From: Candidatus Eremiobacteria bacterium
GTDB lineage: Bacteria > Vulcanimicrobiota > Vulcanimicrobiia > Vulcanimicrobiales > Vulcanimicrobiaceae
Length of the DNA stretch: 64,000 bases
NCBI GenBank assembly: GCA_963758295.1
Contig: CAVWUU010000001.1
Span: 192,001 to 256,000 of the forward strand
Direction: 5' to 3'
Positions within the stretch are counted from its first letter, which is position 1, and every line of letters begins with the position of its first letter. A model generated the notes under the pieces. That model ran no database searches and was not told the origin of the DNA. It saw nothing but the letters and a program-made list of their open reading frames with translations. Below are positions 1-10,057 of this stretch, piece by piece. The position numbers and the translations under genes are program-made.

Positions 1-270
1 TTAGTGCGGCGCCCCGCGCCGCTCGTTAACGATGATGTATGCAAGGATCGTTGCGGAAACGAGCGTCAGCCACAAGTTCGTAAGCGCGACCGGGATGGAA
101 TGGATCGCGAAGGCGTAGGGCACGTAGAGCAACGAGCCAAGCGCAATCAACCCATAAGTCCACTTTGAGAGATCCGCCGTGTCCCGCGTACGGACGACTT
201 TCAGCAGTTGCGGAATCTGCGTGACGGCGACGATCAGCGTCGCCGCGTAGCCAAGAAGCTCGATGCCCAT
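1..270 (-). CDS. SemiSWEET / PQ-loop sugar transporter
   Basis: 89-aa three-helix hydrophobic protein MGIELLG...QIPQLLKVVRTRDTADLS with a PQ-loop motif; start trimmed to ATG at 270. Confidence 0.85.
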   Translation of the reverse strand: MGIELLGYAATLIVAVTQIPQLLKVVRTRDTADLSKWTYGLIALGSLLYVPYAFAIHSIPVALTNLWLTLVSATILAYIIVNERRGAPH

Positions 271-353
271 CGACCGCTTTTTCCCGCCCGGCAAGCGACC
301 TATATCGCAGGGCTCTAGGATTCGCCTCCGGCCTTTAGAACCAGGCTCAGGCC

Positions 354-1625
354 ATGCCGTCCAAGATAACCGCGCCGCGCGGCACGCAAGACATTCTGCC
401 GCCGCAGTCGGCACAGTGGCACGCGCTCGAAACTCGCATTCACGAGCTTGCGCGCCGCTCCGGCTATAGCGAAATCCGAACGCCGACTTTCGAGTCGACG
501 GATCTCTTCGTGCGCGGCGTCGGCGAGACGACCGACATCGTCGAAAAAGAAATGTACACGTTCGTCGACAAAGGCGATCGCAGCATGACGCTGCGCCCGG
601 AGTGGACGGCGCCGGTCGTACGTGCCGCGTTGGAACACAACCTCTTCACGCAAGGACCTCAGCGGCTGTATTACATCGGGCCGATCTACCGCTACGAGCG
701 GCCGCAAAAAGGCCGCTACCGGCAAGCGCATCAGTTCGGCGTGGAATGCACCGGATATCAAGGTCCCGAAGCCGATTTGGAAGTGATTGCGCTCGCGTGG
801 GAACTGGTGCGGAGCTGCCACATCAACGACGCCGTGCTGAATGTCAATTCCATCGGCGACGACGTTTGCCGTCCGCGCTATCGTGAGGCTTTGCTCGAGC
901 ACTTCCGGCCGCATCTTGCCGAGCTTTCGGAGGATTCGCAACGCCGCCTGGAACGCAATCCGTTGCGTTTGCTCGACAGTAAAGATGAAAAGGACCGGCG
1001 GTTCGTCGAGACCGCGCCGACGTTTGAATCGGTGCTGTGCGACGATTGCCGCGCCCACTTTGAAACGTTGAAAGCCTACCTCGACGCGGTCGGCATCCCG
1101 TACGTCGTAAACTCGCGGATCGTGCGCGGCTTGGATTATTACACCCGCACGGTTTTCGAGATCGTATCGAGCGCGCTCGGCGCGCAGTCGACCGTTTGCG
1201 GCGGCGGGCGGTACGACGGCCTCGTGCGATCGCTCGGCGGTCCCGACGTGCCGGCGGTCGGCTTCGCTCTGGGGATCGAACGGTTCTTGATGATGCTCGA
1301 AGCCCTTAGTACAGAGCCGGCCGGGGCTCGCAGCGGCGTGCAGGCGATCGCATTGGGTGCGCAGGCACGCGCCGTTTTGGTTCCGCTGGTGGCCCGCTGG
1401 CGCCGCGAGCTTCGTCAGCCGGTCTTCATGGATTTCGAGGAACGCAAGGTTCCGGCGCAATTCAAGATTGCCGACCGGAACGGCGCCCGTTACGCGGCGA
1501 TCCTCGGTTCGAACGAAATTGCAGCGGGCGAGCTGATCTTACGCGATTTGGAAACGCGCACCGAACGCCGCCTGGCGCTCGAGGGAGCAGACCTTGCGGC
1601 TGAGCTTGGCGAAGGCAACGCATAA
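354..1625 (+). CDS. hisS: histidine--tRNA ligase
   Basis: APRGTQD, LRPEWTA, YERPQKGRYRQ, VRGLDYY and GGGRYDGL motifs. Confidence 0.97.
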   Translation: MPSKITAPRGTQDILPPQSAQWHALETRIHELARRSGYSEIRTPTFESTDLFVRGVGETTDIVEKEMYTFVDKGDRSMTLRPEWTAPVVRAALEHNLFTQGPQRLYYIGPIYRYERPQKGRYRQAHQFGVECTGYQGPEADLEVIALAWELVRSCHINDAVLNVNSIGDDVCRPRYREALLEHFRPHLAELSEDSQRRLERNPLRLLDSKDEKDRRFVETAPTFESVLCDDCRAHFETLKAYLDAVGIPYVVNSRIVRGLDYYTRTVFEIVSSALGAQSTVCGGGRYDGLVRSLGGPDVPAVGFALGIERFLMMLEALSTEPAGARSGVQAIALGAQARAVLVPLVARWRRELRQPVFMDFEERKVPAQFKIADRNGARYAAILGSNEIAAGELILRDLETRTERRLALEGADLAAELGEGNA

Positions 1626-1627
1626 AC

Positions 1628-2089
1628 ATGGCACACGAAGAAGAACACGAGACGATCTCGTCGCTGCTCGAAATCATGCACGAGCACGATCTCGACCGGA
1701 TCAAAGTCAAAATGGGCGATGCGGTGTACGAGCTGGTACGTCGCGAAGCGGGCGCTCAGCTCGTCGCGCCGATGCATGCGGTCACGCAGGCTGCCTCTAC
1801 GGCAGCGGCAGCGGCCGCACCGGAACCCGGGGCCGCTGCCTTGCCCGCAAATGCCAAACGTATCACCGCTCCGCTCACGGGCGTTTTCTATCGCTCGTCG
1901 TCGCCCGATGCCGAGCCGTTCGTGAGCGCTGGTTCACGCGTCGAGAACGGCGATGTGCTGTGCATCTTGGAAGCGATGAAACTTTTCAACGAAATCCAAA
2001 GCGACTACAGCGGCACGATCTTGCGCATTTTTCCTGAAAACGGGGAACTCGTCTCCCAAGGCGAGGATCTCTTCTGGGTTCAACCGTGA
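1628..2089 (+). CDS. accB: acetyl-CoA carboxylase biotin carboxyl carrier protein
   Basis: Ala/Pro linker and EAMKL biotinylation motif. Confidence 0.93.
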   Translation: MAHEEEHETISSLLEIMHEHDLDRIKVKMGDAVYELVRREAGAQLVAPMHAVTQAASTAAAAAAPEPGAAALPANAKRITAPLTGVFYRSSSPDAEPFVSAGSRVENGDVLCILEAMKLFNEIQSDYSGTILRIFPENGELVSQGEDLFWVQP

Positions 2090-2679
2090 TCGACGTCAAA
2101 GGCAAGCGCGGCTTCGCGGAGTTGATCGCCGAGCGGCGGAATCTTCTCGATGCGCCGCACTATCAGACGCAGGTGGAAGCCATCGCCGATGCGCTCGTCG
2201 AGGCGTTGCGCGCGAACAAAAAGGTGCTTTGGTGCGGAAATGGCGGAAGCGCCGCCGAGGCGCAGCATATGGCCGCGGAGCTTTCCGGCCGGTTCTTACG
2301 CGAACGCCCGGGCCTTTATAGCGAAGCGCTTTCCGTAAATACCTCGACCCTCACCTGCGTGGGCAACGATTACGGCTATGACTACATCTTCTCGCGTCAA
2401 GTCGAAGCGTTTGCCCAGCCGGGCGACGTCCTTATCGGCATGACGACGAGCGGCACGTCGAAGAACGTGGTGCTCGCGCTGGAAGCCGCAAAGAAAAAGG
2501 GCGCGATTACCGTGGCCTTCACCGGCAACGGGGGCGGAACAGTCGCGGAAATTTCCGATCTCGTCCTGATGGGACCGGACGGCTATGCGGCCATCGTTCA
2601 AGAGGTGCATCAGGTCATGGCGCACATCGTCTGCGACCTGGTCGAACAGCGCCTCATATTCGAGGACGGCATCGCGTGA
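2086..2679 (+). CDS. gmhA: D-sedoheptulose 7-phosphate isomerase
   Basis: CGNGGSAAEAQH, GNDYG, FSRQVEA, TTSGTS and QEVH motifs. Confidence 0.93.
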   Translation: MIDVKGKRGFAELIAERRNLLDAPHYQTQVEAIADALVEALRANKKVLWCGNGGSAAEAQHMAAELSGRFLRERPGLYSEALSVNTSTLTCVGNDYGYDYIFSRQVEAFAQPGDVLIGMTTSGTSKNVVLALEAAKKKGAITVAFTGNGGGTVAEISDLVLMGPDGYAAIVQEVHQVMAHIVCDLVEQRLIFEDGIA

Positions 2680-3662
2680 GCGCACCGGTCCTAATGGCAA
2701 ACGACGCGCGGACGCTGTTCGAGCGCATGCGCGGCCGCCGCATTCTCGTCGTCGGCGATCTGATGATCGACGAATGGATTTGGGGAAGCGTCAGCCGCAT
2801 TTCGCCCGAGGCGCCGGTTCCGGTGGTCGCGGTGACGGATCATTCGTTTACGCTCGGCGGCGCGGGAAACGTTGCCAACAATCTTCGCGCGCTCGATGCC
2901 GAGGTGGATTTCGTGGGCACGATCGGTGACGATGCGTTCGCCGCCGACGTGCGCCGCATGCTGCAGGCCGAAAACGTGGGCCATACCGGCGTTTTCGCGG
3001 TCGGCGACCGGCCGACGACGCGCAAGACGCGCATCGTTGCACACAACCAGCAAGTCGTGCGTGCCGATTGGGAATCGAGTAAAGCCTTACGCAACGGCGA
3101 CCGCGAGCGCATCGTTGCCTACGTACGCGACCGCGCGGCCCAATGCGACGCCGTTATTTTAAGCGACTACGCCAAAGGACTGCTTTCGCGCGATATCGTC
3201 GAGGCTGCCTCGGCTTGCGCCCTCGTACTGGCCGATCCGAAGCCGCAAAACATCGACTTATTCTCGGGCGTAACGTGTCTCGCGCCGAACGTGCACGAGG
3301 CGAGCGCCGCCAGCGGCATTCAAATCGTTGACAACGACTCGTTGCGTCGCGCCGGTGCGCGTTTGCTCGAGCGGTTGCAGTGCCGCTACATCGTCATTAC
3401 TCGCGGCGAACACGGCATGTCGCTCTTTGGACGCGACGGCGAACGCTTCGACATTCCGTCGGTTGCGCGCAAGGTGTTCGACGTTTCCGGTGCAGGCGAT
3501 ACGGTTATCGCCGTGCTTTCGCTGGCGCTTGCGGCCGGCGCATCGGTCGAGCGCGCAATGCAGCTTGCCAATTTCGCAGCCGGAGCAGTCGTCGAAAAGC
3601 TCGGAACGGCAACGGCATCGGCGGAAGAAATCTTGTCCCTGGTCGAGCATGGACACGCCTAA
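2676..3662 (+). CDS. rfaE1: D-glycero-beta-D-manno-heptose-7-phosphate kinase (HldE kinase domain)
   Basis: RISPEAPVPV, GGAGNVA, SDYAKG and DVSGAGDTV motifs (PfkB family). Confidence 0.93.
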   Translation: MSAPVLMANDARTLFERMRGRRILVVGDLMIDEWIWGSVSRISPEAPVPVVAVTDHSFTLGGAGNVANNLRALDAEVDFVGTIGDDAFAADVRRMLQAENVGHTGVFAVGDRPTTRKTRIVAHNQQVVRADWESSKALRNGDRERIVAYVRDRAAQCDAVILSDYAKGLLSRDIVEAASACALVLADPKPQNIDLFSGVTCLAPNVHEASAASGIQIVDNDSLRRAGARLLERLQCRYIVITRGEHGMSLFGRDGERFDIPSVARKVFDVSGAGDTVIAVLSLALAAGASVERAMQLANFAAGAVVEKLGTATASAEEILSLVEHGHA

Positions 3663-4146
3663 GTTCTTCGGCAATATATTCCAGGCCGAGGCCGCGGTCG
3701 AGTGGCGCGAAGCACAGGGCGCCGAAGGCCATCGCGTAGTCTTTACCAACGGCTGTTTCGACGTAATGCATGCGGGACACGCCGGCTATCTCGCGTGGGC
3801 GCGATCGCAGGGAGACGTGCTGATCGTGGGCCTGAACTCCGACGCTTCCGTGCGCCAACTCAAAGGCGAACGCCGTCCTCTCGTTCCGTTCGAAGATCGC
3901 GCGACGCTGCTTGCGGCGCTGCGAAGCGTCGACGCCGTCGTCGGATTTTCAGAACGCACGCCGGAGTCGATCATCGACCGCATCAAGCCCGACGTTTTCG
4001 TAAAGAGCGCGCAGTACCGCGAAGACGAGCTTCCCGAACGGACCGTCGTGCGCAAACACGGTGGTGAAATTCTGCTGGCTCCGCATCTCGCAGGCCATAG
4101 CACGACCGACATCATCGCGGAGATCATCTCCCGCTACGGGGCATAA
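3649..4146 (+). CDS. rfaE2: D-glycero-beta-D-manno-heptose 1-phosphate adenylyltransferase
   Basis: VFTNGCFDVMHAGH, GLNSDASVRQLKG and HSTT motifs; start set at ATG 3649. Confidence 0.92.
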   Translation: MDTPKFFGNIFQAEAAVEWREAQGAEGHRVVFTNGCFDVMHAGHAGYLAWARSQGDVLIVGLNSDASVRQLKGERRPLVPFEDRATLLAALRSVDAVVGFSERTPESIIDRIKPDVFVKSAQYREDELPERTVVRKHGGEILLAPHLAGHSTTDIIAEIISRYGA

Positions 4147-4149
4147 GCC

Positions 4150-5367
4150 GTGCGAATCGCGCTGACGGCAAACGGACCGGGCGAAGTCGCCGGGTGGGTA
4201 CGGCCGCTGGTTCGCCGCCTCTACGAACGCGCGCCCGATACCGACATCTATTTATTTCTCGTTCCCGACGATTACGCGACCGGTCACGAGGCCGAAATGG
4301 CGCGCCGGCTTTTTCCGAGCGCCCATGTTTTTGATCCTAAAGCCTATGTTCGCGTTGCGCTCGGGCGAAGCGCGGAGAACTTGCCGCAAAACGTGGACGT
4401 AGTCCAGTATCTGGGCGGCGATTTGATGCATGCCATGCGGCTGCACGGCCGTTTCGGCGGCGCCGCCTCGACGTACAAATTCTCCAAGCAGTCGTACTCG
4501 CCGAAGTGGCAACGGGCGTTCGCCGTTGACTGGAAAAGCGTCGAACAACTGCGCGGTTGGAAAGTTCCCGAAGAGCGCATCATAACGGTCGGCAACCTCG
4601 CGATCGATGGAGCGTTACTTGAAGCGCAAGCGCCGCTCGAAGAAGGCGCGCCTCAGGACGGCATTTTGGTGATGCCCGGTTCGCGCACGTACGAAGTGGA
4701 GCACATGATCCCGTTTTTCTTCACGGCCGCGTTGCGCATCGTGCAAGAACGCCCCGGCACACCCATTGCTTTTGGGATTTCGCCATTTACGCCGCTGCGC
4801 GACGTACGAAAGGCTGTCGAACGCGGCGGCGATTCGCGCGTGTTCGCGCAACGTGGCCGATTGGTCGAGGAGAACGGGCGCGCCTGGCTCGTTTCGCTCG
4901 ACGGCAGCGCGCGATTTCCCGTGTTGCACAATGCGCTTGCCGCGGCGACACGCGCGCGATTGGTGCTCACTCTGCCGGGAACGAAGTGCATCGAACTGGC
5001 GATTCTGGGCGTCCCGATGGTTGCCATTACGCCGTTGAACGCTCCGGAGAAGATCGCGTTCAACGGGCCGCTGACCTATCTCGATCGCATTCCGTTTGTC
5101 GGCGTGCCGTTGAAGCGCAACGTCGCGGTGGCGGTCTCCAAACGCTTCAAGTACCACACGCAGCCGAACATCGATGCCGGCGCCATGGTTATCGAAGAAC
5201 TCCACGGAACGCTCACGCCCGGGCGCGTTGCGCGCGTCGCATTAGAGCGCTTCGACGATGCGGATTGGCTTGCGCTGTCTAAGAAGCGGCTGGCCTCGCT
5301 GTACGAAAGTCACGTGGGGGCGGCAGACCGCATGGCCGAATCGCTTCTCGAACTCGGCGGTTCATAG
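4150..5367 (+). CDS. lipid-A-disaccharide synthase-like (LpxB-related) glycosyltransferase
   Basis: NGPGE N-terminus, VGN, MPGSR (LpxB has LPGSR) and GT..ELA motifs; lies in LPS cluster. Confidence 0.6.
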   Translation: MRIALTANGPGEVAGWVRPLVRRLYERAPDTDIYLFLVPDDYATGHEAEMARRLFPSAHVFDPKAYVRVALGRSAENLPQNVDVVQYLGGDLMHAMRLHGRFGGAASTYKFSKQSYSPKWQRAFAVDWKSVEQLRGWKVPEERIITVGNLAIDGALLEAQAPLEEGAPQDGILVMPGSRTYEVEHMIPFFFTAALRIVQERPGTPIAFGISPFTPLRDVRKAVERGGDSRVFAQRGRLVEENGRAWLVSLDGSARFPVLHNALAAATRARLVLTLPGTKCIELAILGVPMVAITPLNAPEKIAFNGPLTYLDRIPFVGVPLKRNVAVAVSKRFKYHTQPNIDAGAMVIEELHGTLTPGRVARVALERFDDADWLALSKKRLASLYESHVGAADRMAESLLELGGS

Positions 5368-5372
5368 AAGAT

Positions 5373-6248
5373 ATGCGAATCTCGATCGTGATTGCGACCA
5401 AAGACCGGCAACGGTACCTCGAGCGCGCGCTTGCATCGCTCGAGGCGCAGGCCGGCGCGCCGTCGTTCGAGGTTATCGTCGTCGACAACGGATCCGGCGA
5501 CGACACCAAAGGCGTTACCGAACGGCAAGCCGCTCGAGGTGCCTTTCCGGTAAACTACGTCTTGGAGCCCGAGCCAAATCGCGGCAAGGCCCGCAATCGC
5601 GGCGTAGCGACCGCCTCGGGATATCTCGTGTTGTTCTGCGACGACGACGTGCAATTGCCGCCGGGCTTTCTTGCGGCGCATGAGGCGGCGCACTCTACTT
5701 CCAACTTGGTCGTGAACGGGCCGATTTTGAACGTCGAATCGTATGACGACCAGCCCAAACCGGTCGCCGGGAACTATTCCCGTGCGTTTCTATGCACGTG
5801 CAACGTGTCGGTCCCCAAACACGCCCTCGACGCAGTCGGCGCGTTCGACGAATCCTTCGATCTCTACGGATGGGAAGACACCGAGCTCGGCGTCCGTTTG
5901 CGCGAGCACGGCATGCGGTGGAAATTTGCGTGGGACGCGTATTTGTGGCACATCAAGCCGCCGACGGAAAACACGCTCGAACTTGAAACGCGGAAAGCGC
6001 TCGAAAAAGCGCGCATGGCGCGCCATTTCCTCGAGAAGCAGCCGTCGCCGCGGGCTCGTATGGCGACGGGTGCACACGGCATGAACTTGTTGCGTGGGCG
6101 TTATTTGCTGCCTGATTCGCTGCTCGCCGTTTACGCCGGAATTGCCACTGCTGAAAAGGCACCGGCGGCGCTACGCGCGCTTGCGCGCGCACAATTTCTC
6201 GACGGCATGTATACGCGCGAGTTAATCCGCGTGCTCGACGAAAAATGA
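5373..6248 (+). CDS. glycosyltransferase family 2
   Basis: VVDNGSGD, ARNRG, FCDDD and FDESFDLYGWED motifs. Confidence 0.9.
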   Translation: MRISIVIATKDRQRYLERALASLEAQAGAPSFEVIVVDNGSGDDTKGVTERQAARGAFPVNYVLEPEPNRGKARNRGVATASGYLVLFCDDDVQLPPGFLAAHEAAHSTSNLVVNGPILNVESYDDQPKPVAGNYSRAFLCTCNVSVPKHALDAVGAFDESFDLYGWEDTELGVRLREHGMRWKFAWDAYLWHIKPPTENTLELETRKALEKARMARHFLEKQPSPRARMATGAHGMNLLRGRYLLPDSLLAVYAGIATAEKAPAALRALARAQFLDGMYTRELIRVLDEK

Positions 6249-7285
6249 CCGGCGGCGCACGGGCGCTCTTGTATTGCGCGGGCGGCGGGATCGGCGATTC
6301 GCTCGTTGCCTCGGTCGTGGCTCGTGCGTTGCACGAACGCTACGAGCACGTGGACGCGCTGACGTTGCCCGGCCACCGCGCAACGCTCGAACGCGTCCCT
6401 GACCTCAGCGAAGTGCTCGTCGACAATGGCGGAGATGCGGACGCGCTGGCTGCGCATCTGCGCAAGCGGCGATACGATGCCTGCGTTGTCACCTGGGCCA
6501 CGTCGCGCACCGCGCGGGTCGCGCAGCTTGCGGGCATTCCGCTGCGCGTGGGTCAAGCGGGGCGGCTCTATTCATTCCGCTTCACCAATCGCGTCCTGGT
6601 GCGAAGCGAACGGGGCGACGTAACGTCGCATTGGAGCGACATTCTGCTCGACTATGCGCGTGCGATCGGATGCGACACGGCCGACCGCGGGCCGCAGTTC
6701 GTTCCCACGCCGCACGATGAAGACGAAGCGAACGCGTTGCTTCGCGAGCTTCGAATTGCACCGGCAAACTTCACGATTCTGCATCCGACCAACGCGATCG
6801 CGCCAAAGCGCGGCATTTGGCCGCTCGCCGGGTGGGCGAAACTTGCGCGCGCCATGCAGGAACGCTTCCGCAGTTCCGTGTTGCTCACCGGATCGAAGGA
6901 CGACGAACAGATCAATGCCGGCATTCTTCGTGAAGCAGGCGTGGACGGCGTCATCGACATTGCGGGGAAAACGGGCATCGGGGCTTTCGGCGCGCTTGCG
7001 AAGCAGGCTCGCGTGTTCGCCGGAATCACGACCGGTTCCATGCACGTGGCCGCTGCAGCGGGCGCACCGACCGTAGGCATTTTCCCGTATCAAACGGACT
7101 TTCCGGAACGTTGGGCTCCAATTGGTACGCGTACCGCAGTCGTCCGCGCCTCGTATCCGTGCCACCCGGGCGATACGAAGGAAACCTGTCCCGACTATGC
7201 CTGTATAGCTAACCTTGACGTTCCCCGCGTGCTGGCGGCGGCAGAGTCGTTGTTGACGCCCGCATCGAGCGGCGCCGGTTTGTAG
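6245..7285 (+). CDS. glycosyltransferase family 9 (heptosyltransferase-like)
   Basis: GIGD N-terminal motif, TGSMHVAAAAGAPTVGIF, ERWAP and a C-terminal Cys cluster. Confidence 0.85.
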   Translation: MTGGARALLYCAGGGIGDSLVASVVARALHERYEHVDALTLPGHRATLERVPDLSEVLVDNGGDADALAAHLRKRRYDACVVTWATSRTARVAQLAGIPLRVGQAGRLYSFRFTNRVLVRSERGDVTSHWSDILLDYARAIGCDTADRGPQFVPTPHDEDEANALLRELRIAPANFTILHPTNAIAPKRGIWPLAGWAKLARAMQERFRSSVLLTGSKDDEQINAGILREAGVDGVIDIAGKTGIGAFGALAKQARVFAGITTGSMHVAAAAGAPTVGIFPYQTDFPERWAPIGTRTAVVRASYPCHPGDTKETCPDYACIANLDVPRVLAAAESLLTPASSGAGL

Positions 7286-7296
7286 GAGAAGCTCCT

Positions 7297-8190
7297 TTGC
7301 GCGCAACCATTCAGCTTTGCACGTACAATCGCTCGCATCTGCTCGAACGCGTGCTCGATGCCTGCTTCGAACAAACCGTCGCATCGAGCGAATACGAAGT
7401 CGTGCTCGTCAACGACGGTTCGACCGACGACACGGCCGCCGTCATCGAAAGAGCGCTGCAGCGCGCAACCTGCAAGTTCACGGTCGTGAATCAACCGAAC
7501 TCCGGTCTCGCCAAGGGCCGTAACGTCGGGATCGCGCGCGCGACCGGCGAACGCATGATCTTCATCGATGACGACGTGCTGCCGCTCCCGAACTTCGTCG
7601 AGCAGCACTTGCGCTCGCATTTGAATCACCCGAAGGCGGTCGTGCGCGGCGGCGCCATCAACGTTGAATCGTTCGATGAACTTCCGCCACCGGTGTGGAG
7701 CATCCGTCACTACAGCGGCAATTACTTCTGGACGACGAACGTGTCCGTTCCGCTTGTAACGATTCGTGCCGTCGGCGGATTCAACGAGTCGTTTTCCGAG
7801 TATGGCTGGGAAGACATCGACGTCGGGCTGCGCTTGCGCTTCGGCGGCGTTAAAGCGGTCTTCAATTCGAAAGCGCTCGTCTACCATTGGAAGCCGCGGC
7901 CGCGCAGCGGAAACGTCGAGAAGATGGTTCGTCAGGCGCGCGCGCAGGCGCGAACGGCCGTTCAGCTCGCGAAGATTCATCCGCACTGGCGGACGTATCT
8001 TGCGACCGGCATCAATCCGGTGCAACGGCGCCTGCACGCATGGATGCACTCGGTGAGGCCGGCAGAGAAAGGCCGCGCTTCGCTGGGCGACCTCTGCGTT
8101 GACCGCCCGCTGACGAACAAAGAGCTGCGCGCGGCACAGCGCCTGGCGAGCGAGGCATACTTCGACGAACTCGAGCACTCGCTGCGCTAG
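7297..8190 (+). CDS. glycosyltransferase family 2
   Basis: TYNR, VNDGSTD, FIDDD and FNESFSEYGWED motifs. Confidence 0.9.
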   Translation: MRATIQLCTYNRSHLLERVLDACFEQTVASSEYEVVLVNDGSTDDTAAVIERALQRATCKFTVVNQPNSGLAKGRNVGIARATGERMIFIDDDVLPLPNFVEQHLRSHLNHPKAVVRGGAINVESFDELPPPVWSIRHYSGNYFWTTNVSVPLVTIRAVGGFNESFSEYGWEDIDVGLRLRFGGVKAVFNSKALVYHWKPRPRSGNVEKMVRQARAQARTAVQLAKIHPHWRTYLATGINPVQRRLHAWMHSVRPAEKGRASLGDLCVDRPLTNKELRAAQRLASEAYFDELEHSLR

Positions 8191-9168
8191 ATGCGGATTC
8201 TTCTTTCGCGAACGGATCGAATCGGCGATCTGATTCTGTCCACGCCCGCGATTGCCACGGTTCGAGCTTCCTTTCCCAAAGCGCACATCACGATGGTTAC
8301 GAGCCCGTACAATCGGATCGTCATGGAGCGTAACACCGACGTTGACGAACTAATCGACCTCCCGCGTGAAGTCAAGCCCGAAACGTTCGGCGCGGCCTTC
8401 CGTAACTTCGATCTCGCCGTTGCGCTTGCACCGCGCTCGCAAGACCTCCGCATCGTCGGCGCAACCAAGGCGAAAGTTCGCGTGGGCTACACGTACGTCA
8501 GGCGATGGATTGCACGGCTTACCGCGCGTTTGTACGTAAACCGCGTGATGGTATCGCCGGCAGATCCGGATTTGTGCGAACGATATCCCGATCGAATCGT
8601 GCCGCACGAGGTGGATCAGCTGCTTCAGCTGGTGGCGCTTGGCGGAGCGCACGATCGAATCGATCGATTGCGGATCGACATCACGCCGGCGGACCGCGAG
8701 GCGCTCGACGGATTGCCGGTGTCGCCGCTCCTCGTGCACTTGGGGCTGCGCTGGTTTACCACGGGCAGCACCCTCGCGAGTACGCTTGAGTTGATGCAGA
8801 GACTGCAGGCGCTCGGCTTGCCGCTTGTCGTGAGTTGCGCGACCGAATGCGAGGAGCACGCTCCGGCATTTGAAAATGCGGGTTTGTCGGTCGTTCGCGG
8901 CCTTCCGTTTCACCAATGGGCCGCGCTGTTCGAACGCGCGCGCTGTGTCGTGACGGTCGATACCGGTGCGACTCATGTCGCAAGCGCAATGCGCAGGCCC
9001 ACCGTGGTCGCCTTCGAACATCGGTACTTCCGGTTGAACTCGCAGGAATGGGCGCCCTATCACGTGCCAAGCGTGCTTGTTCGCAAACCGGCCGGCGCCG
9101 GCGAATCATCACTCGCGGAGTTTCGCGACTCGATCGTCAACGGTGTCACCGATTTAATCGATGCCTGA
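8191..9168 (+). CDS. glycosyltransferase family 9 (heptosyltransferase-like)
   Basis: RTDRIGDLILSTP and DTGATHVASA motifs. Confidence 0.85.
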   Translation: MRILLSRTDRIGDLILSTPAIATVRASFPKAHITMVTSPYNRIVMERNTDVDELIDLPREVKPETFGAAFRNFDLAVALAPRSQDLRIVGATKAKVRVGYTYVRRWIARLTARLYVNRVMVSPADPDLCERYPDRIVPHEVDQLLQLVALGGAHDRIDRLRIDITPADREALDGLPVSPLLVHLGLRWFTTGSTLASTLELMQRLQALGLPLVVSCATECEEHAPAFENAGLSVVRGLPFHQWAALFERARCVVTVDTGATHVASAMRRPTVVAFEHRYFRLNSQEWAPYHVPSVLVRKPAGAGESSLAEFRDSIVNGVTDLIDA

Positions 9169-10057
9169 TATTTCCGTAGTCATCCCGACCTATAACCGGT
9201 TGGACACGCTCGCTCATGTCGTTCCGACGCTGCTCGCGCAAGATTTGGCGGCGGACCGGTACGAGCTGCTCGTATGCGATTCAAATTCGACCGACGGCAC
9301 GCGTGAATATCTCGCCGGCGTGCATGCGGAACATCCGAACGTTCGCCATTTGCCCGGCTCGTACACCGGTCGCGCGATGGCACGCAACGCCGGAATTGCC
9401 AGGGCTCAGGGCGACGTCGTGCTTTTTAACGACTCGGACATCCTAGCGTCGCCGGACCTGCTTTCGCGCCATCTGCAGCATCACGAAGCGGAACAAAAGG
9501 TCGCGGTCGTCGGACTCGAGGTGCAAGTCAAAGACCTCGAGGACTATGCGTACAAACGGGATCATGCGGATGCGCGCGGTTTTCTCCACAAACCCACGCG
9601 CAAAGAGCTGCCCTGGCTGTATTTTCTCACCGGCAACGCGTCGGTGCGGCGCGACGATCTGCTTCGCGTGGGTTCGTTCGACGAAAGCTTCACCGGGTAT
9701 GGGCACGAGGACTTGGAGCTGGGTTACCGGTTGGAAAAAGCCGGCATCCGGATTCTTTACGAGCCCAACGCGGTGAACTATCACTGCCAAGACGTGCCGC
9801 ACGACGATCAAAAAGAAAAAATGAAACTTGCCGGACGTTCGACCGTCCGGTTCTATCGCAAACATCCGGACTTTGCGGTGAAGTTGAATCTCGGCATGAC
9901 GCCGTTGTCGCTCGGGCTGCACGGCGCGCTCACGCGTATGCCGGCGCTTCTGGGATACTTCGATGCTCGTGCGAAAGATTCGAAATTTGCGCGCGATCTC
10001 GTGCAACAGTACTACTACGTTTCCGGAATCAAACAAGCATTGGACGGCAAGGAATGA
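9161..10057 (+). CDS. glycosyltransferase family 2
   Basis: SVVIPTYNR, ARNAG, FNDSD and FDESFTGYGHED motifs. Confidence 0.9.
   Translation: MPDISVVIPTYNRLDTLAHVVPTLLAQDLAADRYELLVCDSNSTDGTREYLAGVHAEHPNVRHLPGSYTGRAMARNAGIARAQGDVVLFNDSDILASPDLLSRHLQHHEAEQKVAVVGLEVQVKDLEDYAYKRDHADARGFLHKPTRKELPWLYFLTGNASVRRDDLLRVGSFDESFTGYGHEDLELGYRLEKAGIRILYEPNAVNYHCQDVPHDDQKEKMKLAGRSTVRFYRKHPDFAVKLNLGMTPLSLGLHGALTRMPALLGYFDARAKDSKFARDLVQQYYYVSGIKQALDGKE

Noticed and set aside
315..1460. Long antisense ORFs opposite core genes (also 33520-35052, 36040-37080, 43382-44461, 45721-46881)
   Set aside because: Shadow ORFs expected from high-GC codon bias; no motifs, and each lies opposite a clear gene
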